The notes under the pieces are model-generated. The model saw only the letters and a program-made list of their open reading frames with translations, was not told where the DNA came from and ran no database searches. This document shows positions 11,101 to 19,460 of a DNA stretch of 64,000 nucleotides, piece by piece. Source of the DNA: a virus. The stretch is from positions 1 to 64,000 of the IMG/VR virus record IMGVR_UViG_3300017950_000006; one strand, given 5' to 3'. A program made the translations under genes and the position numbers. Within the stretch, counting starts at the first letter, position 1; each line of letters starts with the position of its first letter.

Positions 11101-11414
11101 ATCCGACATTTGCGGCAAATAGTAACGAAATTATACCAACACAACGAGCAATCGCTGGATATGTTGACAGTAGAATTAGCGGTGGTGGTACAAACGTTAA
11201 CGTAAACGCTGTAATTTCAGGTGAAGTTAGAATACAAGGAAGAAGAATTAGTTCAGATGCAAACAGAAAAATTAATATTAATACGCAAATGAATTTCCGC
11301 AAACCAGTAGACGGTGATATGGCGGCAATGGCATATTTTGCAGGTGGAACTAACTTCGGATTAATAGATGAGGGAGATGCTCCAACCCCGCAGGAGATGG
11401 GAGCAGGGAAATAA
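5184..11414 (+). CDS. Giant modular tail-fibre-like protein (8 CBM5/12-like repeats, cupredoxin-like inserts, beta-helix-like region, Asp-box propeller)
   Basis: 2076 aa; repeated WxxxxxYxxxD(I/V)VxYGGxxYxCxxxH units; VAIVGDELRS / FRVRNGCGLRNMTL region; SxDGxxW Asp-boxes; C-terminus paralogous to 11457..16541. Confidence 0.7.
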   Translation: MAEFKIDRIRFRWTGPWQTSKQYIKDDIVSYGGKTFVCLNGHTSDPDFYIDYLNQEIPKWTQMTDGYQWVQDWVPNRYYKVNDIVKYGGELYSCIVGHDSTEYEAPDTITTINVTVGYDTGRYTTTGYAKSSTGSIYLNNFERNVITFQKGSTYTFSQTDTTNVTFGGQEHPLAFSKYEDGANQDTPLVDYYTDGFTFYLDGTEVTDSTYVANFAEASSREIRWTVPQNAPDKLYYFDRTVNSLDKGSYINVQEPAVIGANDFGNWRLQVSGHNWRYEWQPQVIYRIGDVVKYNGIVYRCTLEHTSSTTISGLELDQPKWQTVTRSDDWKDIWTPRTRYRKDDIVRYGGIVYRCLTGHLSSNNDGLGLEEDSSEWEILISGIEYKGHWIPSSELSIDSLTGGIVTVQSHIFQTGDMVEYSSEGTVASGLTDNTFYYVRLVDGNNITLHFRKNDALADRNPINVEGGTGNQILIKHERYKVGDIVRFGPSIWRCNTGHNSSITFAESFFDIWLPGYEYELQWNEQEVYQPGDIVKYGGYSYTSLTINTNSVPSVNGITQDTGDWELTTQGYRMGGQYNQNPDDQEIASYWDINTNYRTGDVVRFGGWLYVALRDSQGSEPDDELTTVNVAITVGDPGSGNKYYVDGVEQGNLTLVEGNTYKFDQSDSSNLTHPLYLSTSVDGFWDGGQYNFLDNGVTYWLDGIQVADATAYDSGFAAATERYVQYIVPRDAYKENYLVCYNHSGMYNGTLTTIYSNNYWQTLIDGDRFRGNWQETFLVNAAPVANNYFLGDIVTYNGTLYRCIKRHTASQSASRPDLDIEYTQENFWQTVIEGGNSNVLQYRGDVRTYTSEEANLNIGNPGDAIKVLPSKDTTWESLEESKNVFYVSPDGQDISGAGTGLTKTNPFKSVKFACNYIFEDQGLRTPATIIVATGRYEEICPISVPANVAIVGDELRSTHISPTPETKDEDMFRVRNGCGLRNMTLSGLEGELTDPDEFLFKRVSPGNAFVALDPGTGPDDETVWITTKSTYVQNVSTFGKQCVGMKVDGDLHNGGNKSIVANDFTQIIQDGIGYWCNADGLSELVSVFTYYCYIGYLCTNGGKVRATNGNNSYGEYGSVAIGYNFNETPITAKVDNYSKEAEVGKVYNDENQLFAVGYTNTGNHYTGAEVSVTGSGEGASGRITEIRNGSVTEIRILDPGDSSRAGGYNYTYANNRAQGGDETYIQIANQDVNNEDFYRNKQITIVEGEGRGQYAYIDTYDWLNGGVLNVQVNSAPDVLLSPGTYTDVKGTSSNTDAVEPTFTIDIDGSGVATVTAITELGQGNKGGDIITILPTLIGNSGSSVIVEILAVTPGSKDVTVKRPVDNQPGWQHYLPGQPIATVLDETTRYEITPRLVFDLPPYSQNSASLPAGVIKDTCSKLISGNNITVIVGTNLIARTTDGTTFNDATSYTDLNYVSVAQTLNGFIAIDGNGRIKISADGNSWGDSTGNLLSYGLTFTKIAYGTDYDGNNINIAIADSTTNIYKSADGGNNWTQVNAGVSNAKWIAYGNGKWIAVNESGDTWESVDNGDTWTSGTNIGDVQHDVADFCFGNGRFLASCYDSPNDLSTVNNKFFYSFTDKVTDASSTVWIAGNETGVADNIFINYCQGTFLGITESGSIVQSDDGVFWTDKTTAGGTYVGMGYGVTDDGPIFYPYTADTVSSIETIKTGATARATCKIDGSRITEFYIQEPGSGYGQNPPTLSIIDPDATTNVNYDVRMKNGTVGQIEFTNRGTGYINIGVTITGDGYADLYQLGTSLVVKNLTREPGPGDNLYIDEINDQFYAVQGVKDLTGTEGNFEATLTISPSLDRAESPEHETNLTIRQQYSQVRLTGHDFLEIGKGNLYTSQYPLLTPIEGYDIREFQETDNAGGGRVFYTSTDQDGNFRVGELFKVEQATGIVSLNASYFELDGLSELRLGGVTLGGTNAVIREFSTDPTFAANSNEIIPTQRAIAGYVDSRISGGGTNVNVNAVISGEVRIQGRRISSDANRKININTQMNFRKPVDGDMAAMAYFAGGTNFGLIDEGDAPTPQEMGAGK

Positions 11415-11421
11415 TAGATAT

Positions 11422-11429
11422 GATAAATA
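11422..11429 (+). promoter_or_regulatory. GATAAATA late-promoter-like motif
   Basis: Intergenic, upstream of AGGAAG RBS and the ATG at 11457. Confidence 0.6.
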
Positions 11430-11456
11430 GTATTAACACATTGTTAGGAAGCAAAA

Positions 11457-14400
11457 ATGGCTGAGTTTAAACTAGGTAGAATTAGATTTATTTGGAAAGG
11501 TGCATGGACATCTTCTAAAGAATATTATAAAGATGACGTTGTAAGATACGGCGGACGTACATATATCGTTAATACAGGCCATATTAGTTCTAACGCTTTT
11601 ACAACAGACATTTCAAACTTTGACTTATTAGCAGACGGTACTGAATGGAAGGGCGATTGGGCACTTTCAACAGTCTTTAAACCTAATGATATTGTCAAGT
11701 ACGGCGGGTTACTATACATTTGTAATACAGGCCATACATCAGCATCAACTGAAACAGATGGATTAGAATTAGATCAAACTAAATGGGATCTATTTTCAGA
11801 AGGCTTTAACTGGCAAGGTGCTTGGGGAGTTGCTACTCGTTACAAAATTAATGATGTTGTACGCTATGGCGGCGTTATGTATTTGTGTACTCAAGAACAT
11901 ACATCAGCCGCTGATGTTACAGATGGCTTAGAATTAGATGAAACTAAATGGGATGTTTTTGCACACGGACAAAATTGGCAGAATGTGTGGACTGCAACAT
12001 CACGTTATACAGCAGGTGACGTTGTACGTTATGGCGGTCAAGTATATATTTGTAATACAGGACACACTGCCGCGGCAACTGATGCATTAGGCTTAGAAGC
12101 CGATCAAGCAAAGTGGGATTATGTACACAAAGGTATTGTATACTTAGGTAACTGGACTGCGTCAACACGTTATAAAAATAATGATGTTGTTAAGTATGGT
12201 TCGGATATCTGGATTTGTACAACATATCATACATCGGGTGCAACACTTGCGGCTGATGAAAGCAACTGGGCAATTTTTGTACCAGGATTAGAATTTGAAG
12301 ATAGTTGGCAGAACAATGTAAACTATCAGCCAGGCGATGTTGTAACCTATGGTGGTTATTCTTACATATCAATTACAAACAACTTTAATCAAGTTCCTTT
12401 TAATAATGGAACTGAATGGGATTTATTTACAACAGGATTTACATTCCGCGGCGACTATGACAACAACTATGCATACAAGATTGGCGATGTTATTCGTTTA
12501 GGCGGTTGGACTTATATTGCACTTGCTGACGGAACAGGTAATAGACCACCGGATGCAGTTTACTGGGATAAACTTAACGAAGGTTTATATTGGAAAGGTG
12601 CATGGGTTGACAATGTTTACTACGACAAAGGTGATGTTGTTAGAGGCATTAACGATGTTAACTCTTATGTTTGTATTGCGCCACATACATCAGAAGAAGT
12701 TGGTGCAGGACAAAATAGACCAGACCAAGATACTAATGGTAACTATTGGAATTTATTATCAGGCGGCGCTGAAGTTGGTAACTTAACAACACGTGGTGAC
12801 CTTGTTTACTACAGTGGAGCAGGACCAACAAGATTACCAATTGGTTCTCCAGGTCAAGTATTAAAAGTTAACTCATCAGGAACTGATCCAGAATGGGCAT
12901 ACTTTGGACAATTAGACGCTGTTTATTATACATCACCAAACGGTGAAGATTTAAACGTTCCGGCGGCTGGTGTTACACTTGATAAACCTTTTAAAACTGT
13001 AAATTTTGGTTTACAACAAATTGAAAAAGGCGCAAGAAAACCATATGCAACTCAATTGTTAAAAAGAAATAAAGCATTTATTCAAGATGAAACTTTAAGT
13101 TGGGTTGACACACAAGTAATTAATTCAAGTGCTCCGTTTACAGGTTCATTTACATACACTGCGGCAAACTGGCGTAGAGACATAGGTACATTTGTTGATG
13201 CACTTGTTTGGGATTTATCACATGGTGGTAATAGAATGACTAGACAAGAAACTCTAGCATACTTTGATAGTGCGGCTGATCAGTATTATGTATCTAATGA
13301 TGGTATTACTGCTGAATTCTCAGCGGCACTAACATTTGTTACTACATTAATTGATGATGTTATTACACAAGATACACCAGCAACTGATTATCAGGTTTTA
13401 AGAAGTGTTGCCAATCCAACATTACAAATTACAGATTCTTCTATAGTTGAAGAGCCAGAAGCACAAGCAATTTTAGTAAACTTAAGAACGATTGCATCAG
13501 CGGCACTAACAGCAGGAAACACTAATAGTGTTCCAGCAGAGATTGTTGCTAACGACACGCTGTTTATGAAAACAGGTACATTTACTGAAGTATTACCAAT
13601 GGTAATCCCAGAAAGTTGTGCAGTAGTTGGAGACGAACTACGTTCTTCAAAAGTTTCACCTGCAGGTTCATTAGTTGATTCAAGTGATACTCCATACTCA
13701 CTAGCAGGCATTACTCATATGGCTAGTATTATTGATGACATTATTACAAACACACCAATTACAAAAGCAACTAATAATCCGTTAGATCAAGATGTTGCTT
13801 TACCGGCAGGCTCAGGCGCGGCAGGAACAGAAGCGGCGGCGATTGCTACAGACATTAAGAATAAAATTGATTTTGCTATTAATGCAGTTGGAAGTGATGT
13901 TGCACAATCAGGAGTAAACACTCCGGTTAAAACAGCAGGATATACTGACGCTGTTTTAAGACTAGAAGAAAATAAAGAGTTTATTGCTGAAGATGTTACA
14001 AACTATATCATTAATACATATCCAGGATATGTAGATTTTGATGCGGCAAAACAAGCATCATGTAAAAGAGATGTTCGTAGATATATTGAAGCAATTCAAA
14101 ATGACTTAATTTATACAGGACGTTATAGAGCACTAAGAGCGGCAGAACAATATATTAATGCTGTAGGTGGTTCAACTGACAAACATATGTTCTTTGTACG
14201 TAATGGTACAGGTTTAAGAAACTGTACACTTATTGGATTAACTGGAACACTAAGCAGTCCTAATCTTTATGGAACAAGACGTCCAACAGCAGGGGCTTAT
14301 GTTTCACTTGATCCAGGCTGGGGTCCAGCACATACAGAAGTATGGGTTAAAAATAAATCATGTTATGTACAAAACGTAACTACATTTGGTACTGCTTGTA

Positions 14401-16541
14401 TTGGATTAAAAATTGACGGCGATTTACACGCAGGTGGTAACGATTCTGTTGTTGCTAACGACTTTACACAGGTACTAAGTGATGGTATTGGTGTATGGTG
14501 TACTAACTTAGGTAGAACAGAACTTGTTTCGGTGTTCTCATACTATGGACACATTGGTTACCTAGCAGAGAACGGTGGTAAGATTCGTGCTACAAACGGT
14601 AACTCATCATACGGTACATTTGGTTGTGTTGCTGAAGGTGTTGATGCAACTGAAGTTCCAATTATTGCTTACGTAGATAATAAAGCACAACAAGCAGTTG
14701 TTAGTAATATTTTAACAGATGGTGATAGAATTTTAGCACTTGAGTATACTAACGCTGGTAGAGAATATGATCTAAATGGCGGTAACGCAGTTATTTCAAT
14801 CGGTGGAGACGGATTTGGTTTAGGAACTGTTACTCCAGTAACAAGAACCGCAGGTGTTATGGAAGTAAGACTTCTTAATACTAACGATGAATATGGCGGA
14901 GACGATTACTTAACAGTTGGAAACGCGGCACAGATTGGTAATGCAACAAGCATTACAATTTCAAATACTGATACAAATTCATCAGGTGCATTAGCAGGAA
15001 TGGCAATTTGGATTGAAGCAGGATTAGGTGCAGGCCAGTATGCATACATTGATACATACAACGCAGGTACAAAACAAGCAACAGTAAGAAAATATTCAGA
15101 TGGTTCTCCAGGTTGGGATCATATTTTAGGTGAGCCAATTTTAAGTTTACTTGACAGTACAACAACTTATCAAATTGAACCAAGAATTGAATTTTCAACT
15201 CCGGCTGGAGACGGTTCAAGTACATCTATTAGAGCATTAGGTAGAGTTAGAGTTGCTGATAGTAAAATTGCAGAAGTTAAAATTATTGAACCAGGACAAG
15301 GTTACGATGAAAATATAACATTTACTATTACAGATCCAAACAATACATTAGATGCTCCACTACAAGTTAGAATTGCAGACGGAGTACTTGCACAGCCAAC
15401 ATTTGCTGGAGCAACAAACGCTGGTAGAGGTAGCGGATTTGAAACTGCTACTGCAACTATTACTGCTTTACAACAAGAAGTTTTAGTAACAGGCATAACA
15501 CAAGCAAGTCCAGCAGTTGTTAATGTTTCGTTAGGACACGGTATTACTATTGATGGCACAAAAGTTAATATTAGTGAAGTATTAGGTATGGTTAAATTCT
15601 TTGACCCAACTGACTTTTATGTAAAAGTTGTTGATGCAAATAACTTTGAATTATACGAAGATCCATTATTATCTGTTCCAGTTGATACTAGTGCAGAGCC
15701 ATCATGGAATGCTAACGGTAAAGTAAAATATGGCGGCGGATTTATGGATAGATTCCAGCCAGGCAAGTATATTCAAATGACTGGTATGAGAGCAGTTCCA
15801 AGAGCAGGGTCAAATATTGAATTTAATAATCAATCAAATGTATTCTATAAATTAGTTGCTGTTACTAACTTAAGAGGTAACGGACCATACTCAGCACAGT
15901 TGCAAGTATCACCAGATGTTCCAGTTGATACTGCACCACAACACTCTGAAAGTTCAGAAGTAAGAATTAGATATTCACAAGTACGTCTAACAGGACACGA
16001 CTTCTTAGACATTGGTACTGGTGATTTTACTAACACAAATTATCCTAATGTTCCATTACAGGATCCACAACCAGATAACGAAACTGTTGAAGGTGGTGGC
16101 GGTAGAGTGTTTTACACTTCAACTGACCAAGATGGTAACTTTAGGGTTGGTGGATTGTTCAACGTTGAACAGTCGACTGGTATTGCAACCCTAAATGCTG
16201 ACGCATTTAACATTTCAGGATTGCAAGAATTACAACTCGGTGATATTGCTCTTGGTAATACAGGCGCAACAATTAACGAGTTTAGCACCGACGGTACATT
16301 CTCCGCAAATAGCGACAGTATTGTGCCAACACAAAGAGCAATTAAAACATATATCACGTCACAGATTGGTGGTGGTGCGAGTACTCTTAACGTTAACCAG
16401 ATTATTGCTGGTCTTGTACAAATTTCCGGCCAGGAGATTACTACAACTACAGTAGTGCCAATTAACGTTGATGCTCAATTCAACTTCCGCGCTGGAATTG
16501 ATGGAGCACCTGTGGCGCTAAATATGTTTTTAATGGGATAA
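11457..16541 (+). CDS. Giant modular tail-fibre-like protein; paralog of 5184..11414
   Basis: 1694 aa; MAEFKLGRIRF start like MAEFKIDRIRF; 8 CBM5/12-like repeats; shared VGDELRS, VANDFTQ, YSQVRLTGHDFL and GGGRVFYTSTDQDGNFRVG blocks. Confidence 0.7.
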   Translation: MAEFKLGRIRFIWKGAWTSSKEYYKDDVVRYGGRTYIVNTGHISSNAFTTDISNFDLLADGTEWKGDWALSTVFKPNDIVKYGGLLYICNTGHTSASTETDGLELDQTKWDLFSEGFNWQGAWGVATRYKINDVVRYGGVMYLCTQEHTSAADVTDGLELDETKWDVFAHGQNWQNVWTATSRYTAGDVVRYGGQVYICNTGHTAAATDALGLEADQAKWDYVHKGIVYLGNWTASTRYKNNDVVKYGSDIWICTTYHTSGATLAADESNWAIFVPGLEFEDSWQNNVNYQPGDVVTYGGYSYISITNNFNQVPFNNGTEWDLFTTGFTFRGDYDNNYAYKIGDVIRLGGWTYIALADGTGNRPPDAVYWDKLNEGLYWKGAWVDNVYYDKGDVVRGINDVNSYVCIAPHTSEEVGAGQNRPDQDTNGNYWNLLSGGAEVGNLTTRGDLVYYSGAGPTRLPIGSPGQVLKVNSSGTDPEWAYFGQLDAVYYTSPNGEDLNVPAAGVTLDKPFKTVNFGLQQIEKGARKPYATQLLKRNKAFIQDETLSWVDTQVINSSAPFTGSFTYTAANWRRDIGTFVDALVWDLSHGGNRMTRQETLAYFDSAADQYYVSNDGITAEFSAALTFVTTLIDDVITQDTPATDYQVLRSVANPTLQITDSSIVEEPEAQAILVNLRTIASAALTAGNTNSVPAEIVANDTLFMKTGTFTEVLPMVIPESCAVVGDELRSSKVSPAGSLVDSSDTPYSLAGITHMASIIDDIITNTPITKATNNPLDQDVALPAGSGAAGTEAAAIATDIKNKIDFAINAVGSDVAQSGVNTPVKTAGYTDAVLRLEENKEFIAEDVTNYIINTYPGYVDFDAAKQASCKRDVRRYIEAIQNDLIYTGRYRALRAAEQYINAVGGSTDKHMFFVRNGTGLRNCTLIGLTGTLSSPNLYGTRRPTAGAYVSLDPGWGPAHTEVWVKNKSCYVQNVTTFGTACIGLKIDGDLHAGGNDSVVANDFTQVLSDGIGVWCTNLGRTELVSVFSYYGHIGYLAENGGKIRATNGNSSYGTFGCVAEGVDATEVPIIAYVDNKAQQAVVSNILTDGDRILALEYTNAGREYDLNGGNAVISIGGDGFGLGTVTPVTRTAGVMEVRLLNTNDEYGGDDYLTVGNAAQIGNATSITISNTDTNSSGALAGMAIWIEAGLGAGQYAYIDTYNAGTKQATVRKYSDGSPGWDHILGEPILSLLDSTTTYQIEPRIEFSTPAGDGSSTSIRALGRVRVADSKIAEVKIIEPGQGYDENITFTITDPNNTLDAPLQVRIADGVLAQPTFAGATNAGRGSGFETATATITALQQEVLVTGITQASPAVVNVSLGHGITIDGTKVNISEVLGMVKFFDPTDFYVKVVDANNFELYEDPLLSVPVDTSAEPSWNANGKVKYGGGFMDRFQPGKYIQMTGMRAVPRAGSNIEFNNQSNVFYKLVAVTNLRGNGPYSAQLQVSPDVPVDTAPQHSESSEVRIRYSQVRLTGHDFLDIGTGDFTNTNYPNVPLQDPQPDNETVEGGGGRVFYTSTDQDGNFRVGGLFNVEQSTGIATLNADAFNISGLQELQLGDIALGNTGATINEFSTDGTFSANSDSIVPTQRAIKTYITSQIGGGASTLNVNQIIAGLVQISGQEITTTTVVPINVDAQFNFRAGIDGAPVALNMFLMG

Positions 16542-16554
16542 AGGAGAATAAATT

Positions 16555-16872
16555 ATGGCATCAGGAAGATTGGGAGCAAGCGATTTAACAGCGGCTACTA
16601 ATACCACCGTATATACTGTGCCAACTGATAACTATGCAGTTGTAACATTGTCGGTGTGTAATAGGGGAAACCAAGCAATTGGAGTCCAAGTAGCAGTGGC
16701 ATCCGCTGATACTCCTATAGGAGCAGAATACATTGAGTGGGAAGCAGAAGTATTAGCCCACGGTGTACTAGAGAGATCCGGTATCGTCATGGACGCTGGC
16801 AAAAAGTTGGTTGTACGTTCAAGTTCAGGCAACGTAAGTGCTGTAGCGTTCGGTATTGAGACATCGGCATAA
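16555..16872 (+). CDS. Small beta-sandwich virion protein; paralog of 2501..2830
   Basis: 105 aa, TVYTVP...VVTLSVCNR...LERSGIVM; AAGGAG RBS. Confidence 0.6.
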   Translation: MASGRLGASDLTAATNTTVYTVPTDNYAVVTLSVCNRGNQAIGVQVAVASADTPIGAEYIEWEAEVLAHGVLERSGIVMDAGKKLVVRSSSGNVSAVAFGIETSA

Positions 16873-16893
16873 ATACAATAGAAGGATAAAACA

Positions 16894-17220
16894 ATGGGAA
16901 GATATATTACTACAACTGGAACCGCTGGTACTGTATTAAGAACTACAGGATCGAGTTATGCGGCCGAAGTCAATGATAGAGTATTGTGTACATCAGGAGG
17001 CATTACAATTACGCTTCCTCTTAACACAAGTTTGTTAGAAAACGACACAGTACAAATTATTGACGTTACGGGTGCATTTAGTTCGTCTAATGTAACAGTA
17101 GCACGTAACGGCGCAAAAATCCAGAATAGAGCAGAAGATTTAACACTAGATATTGATAACGTAGCAGTTACACTTGTTTATACAGGTGCAACTTACGGTT
17201 GGATTATTTCAGGTACATAA
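16894..17220 (+). CDS. Small tail-fibre hinge/connector domain protein
   Basis: GITITLP...DTVQIIDVTGAF..NVTVARNG..I...EDLTLD...VTLVY...GW, a pattern typical of T4-like long-tail-fibre domains; TAAATA at 16870-16875 and AAGGA RBS. Confidence 0.55.
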   Translation: MGRYITTTGTAGTVLRTTGSSYAAEVNDRVLCTSGGITITLPLNTSLLENDTVQIIDVTGAFSSSNVTVARNGAKIQNRAEDLTLDIDNVAVTLVYTGATYGWIISGT

Positions 17221-17237
17221 GATAGGGAACTAGAATT

Positions 17238-17969
17238 ATGGCATCACTTAGAAGTTTACTTAGCGACGTTGAACCAGCAAAATCAGGTGTTCAAAGACAG
17301 TTTTGGGTATACCAGCAAAATGATAACATTGGTAACGGTGGAAGATGTTGTCTATGGACTGTACCTGCTAATACTGTTAACGTAACATTTGAAATGTGGG
17401 GCGGCGGAGGTGGAGGCCATGGCGCTTGTTGTTGTCAGTTTCCAAATAGACCAGCGGCTGGCGGTTCTTACGGTATTAGAACTATTCAAACAGTTGCAGG
17501 TTGCCAATATACAATCTGTGCAGGCGGTTCAACAGTATGTTGCTGTTTCGGATGTATTGGAGGAGACGGGTATCCTAGTTTTGTAACAGGATCTAGTATT
17601 CCAACTACTTGTGCACCAGGTGGCTGTGCAGGTAAAGCGTGTTGTTTCACAGATGCATACACTTGTCATCCAAGTTTTGTATGGCAATGCGGAACAGGCG
17701 ATTGGGGACTTCCACAAATTTCAGGAAGTTCAAAAAGAAGTCAATATTGTCACAACCAAATGTGGAACTTTGTAACAGGTTCCGGAATGTTTAGCGTAGC
17801 AAGAAGATCAAGAGATTGGTGTGCTGGTAACTTTACCAACACAGGTTCTTGTTTTGGCTGTTTAGCGATGTTCCCAGGTGGTGGCGGACCAGGCGGAGCG
17901 GCTTGCGGCGAACCTTGTTGTTGGGGTGGCTGGGGCAATGCTGGCGCGGTAAAAGTTAGTTATAGTTAA
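17238..17969 (+). CDS. Cys-rich, Gly-rich adhesin-like fibre-tip protein 1
   Basis: 243 aa with 24 Cys; scaffold WTVPA..FEMWGGGGGG..GGSY..YTICAGG..FPGGGG..GAVKVSY resembles glycine-rich (gp38-like polyglycine) adhesin domains. Confidence 0.6.
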   Translation: MASLRSLLSDVEPAKSGVQRQFWVYQQNDNIGNGGRCCLWTVPANTVNVTFEMWGGGGGGHGACCCQFPNRPAAGGSYGIRTIQTVAGCQYTICAGGSTVCCCFGCIGGDGYPSFVTGSSIPTTCAPGGCAGKACCFTDAYTCHPSFVWQCGTGDWGLPQISGSSKRSQYCHNQMWNFVTGSGMFSVARRSRDWCAGNFTNTGSCFGCLAMFPGGGGPGGAACGEPCCWGGWGNAGAVKVSYS

Positions 17970-17989
17970 AAGGAAAACGGAGAAAACAT

Positions 17990-18703
17990 ATGCCAAGTAA
18001 CACAATTATAGAAACAACGTTTACATATGATGTACCTGATGACTATCTAGCCCAGACAAATAACGATGGTAACACCGCAACTGCCACTTATAACGGGCCA
18101 GATAAAATTTGGGTATTCATTGATAAAGATACAAGTCGTTCAGATACAGCAAGACTTGTGTTAACAGAAGAAGAAAACGGTGCAGACTTTCCTGTACCAG
18201 AAGGTCAATACAAAGTAATGATTGACTGTGCGGCAGATCCTAAACTTTGCTCACTATTTGATGCAAAAGTTGAATGGGATGTTGTACAAGGTCAAACAAA
18301 TTTAGTTGTTGATTTGCCAGATGGCACTACTTACGAAAGACCAGACCCAACGGATGTTGATCACACTTATGAATTAGATGAGTGTACTTACAATCTAGAC
18401 GGTATATTAAGCGAAGACGGTACAACTTATAGTGGTGGTACATGGACTATGTCTTGGAAACAACCATGGACATCATGGGAACAATTAATCATTGTAAGAA
18501 ATAATATGTTAACTGCGTCTGATAGTAAAATTGCTGACGATATGCCAGAGGCAACTAAGCAACTTTGGTTAGACTATAGACAGAAGTTAAGAGATTTACC
18601 AGCATTGTTTGGACATGGCACTGATTCAGAGTTACCAGCGTACATGATTAACTTTCCAGTTGAGCCAGGTGCAAATATTTTACCAATAGAGGACGACGAA
18701 TAA
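17990..18703 (+). CDS. Tail-fibre assembly chaperone-like protein 1
   Basis: C-terminal RNNMLTASD...WLDYRQKLRDLP...FPVEP is the typical tail-assembly chaperone motif; paralog of 20199..21161. Confidence 0.7.
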   Translation: MPSNTIIETTFTYDVPDDYLAQTNNDGNTATATYNGPDKIWVFIDKDTSRSDTARLVLTEEENGADFPVPEGQYKVMIDCAADPKLCSLFDAKVEWDVVQGQTNLVVDLPDGTTYERPDPTDVDHTYELDECTYNLDGILSEDGTTYSGGTWTMSWKQPWTSWEQLIIVRNNMLTASDSKIADDMPEATKQLWLDYRQKLRDLPALFGHGTDSELPAYMINFPVEPGANILPIEDDE

Positions 18704-18704
18704 A

Positions 18705-19445
18705 ATGTCTAGTTTAAGATCCTTATTACAATACGGAACTTCTTCAAGCGGATCAACACCGTTAAGAAGTTTACGAGTTTATAATACAAATATTACAACT
18801 CAAAACAACGGCGGCCAGTGTTGCTTATGGACAGTACCAGCAGGTGCTTCGTGGGCGGCTTTTGAAGTTTGGGGTGGCGGAGGTCCAGGTGCAGGCGTAT
18901 GTTGTTGCCAACAAGGATGGTCCGGTGGATCAGGGTCTTATGGTAGAAGAATTATTGAAGTTAATAACGGAGATGCATTTACGATCTGTGCAGGTGGCTC
19001 AACTTGCTGTCACTCAAGATGTTACAGTTGTAGAGGATTTCCAAGTTGGGTATGCGGGCCAAGCGGATTTTGTATGTGTTCATCAGGTGGAGCAGAAGCG
19101 GCTTCTAAATGTTGGTTTAGCCAAAGTTGTTCATACAGCGGGTGTCAAATGTTTAACTGCGGATGTGTTAACGGTGCTACATTAGCAATGTGTGGTACAA
19201 CAGGAGGCGGACACGGATCTGCTCACTGTGCATCAGATATGCACCAGTTTATACCAAGTGCGCCTTTTACAGGTTCAACAAGAATGTCACGTTCAGGATG
19301 TTATAGATCACATGGTCAAGACCAAGGAGATCACGGTGTGTTTCCAGGAGGCGGCGGCGCATCAGGAGTAACACATGATGAAGTATGTTATTGCGGAGCG
19401 AAAGGAATGGGCGGATTAGTAACAGTTTACTATACGTCAACATAA
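18705..19445 (+). CDS. Cys-rich, Gly-rich adhesin-like protein 2
   Basis: 246 aa with 23 Cys; NGGQCCLWTVP, GVCCCQ, FPGGGG, GLVTVYY. Confidence 0.6.
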   Translation: MSSLRSLLQYGTSSSGSTPLRSLRVYNTNITTQNNGGQCCLWTVPAGASWAAFEVWGGGGPGAGVCCCQQGWSGGSGSYGRRIIEVNNGDAFTICAGGSTCCHSRCYSCRGFPSWVCGPSGFCMCSSGGAEAASKCWFSQSCSYSGCQMFNCGCVNGATLAMCGTTGGGHGSAHCASDMHQFIPSAPFTGSTRMSRSGCYRSHGQDQGDHGVFPGGGGASGVTHDEVCYCGAKGMGGLVTVYYTST

Positions 19446-19460
19446 GGAGTAAATAGTAGT

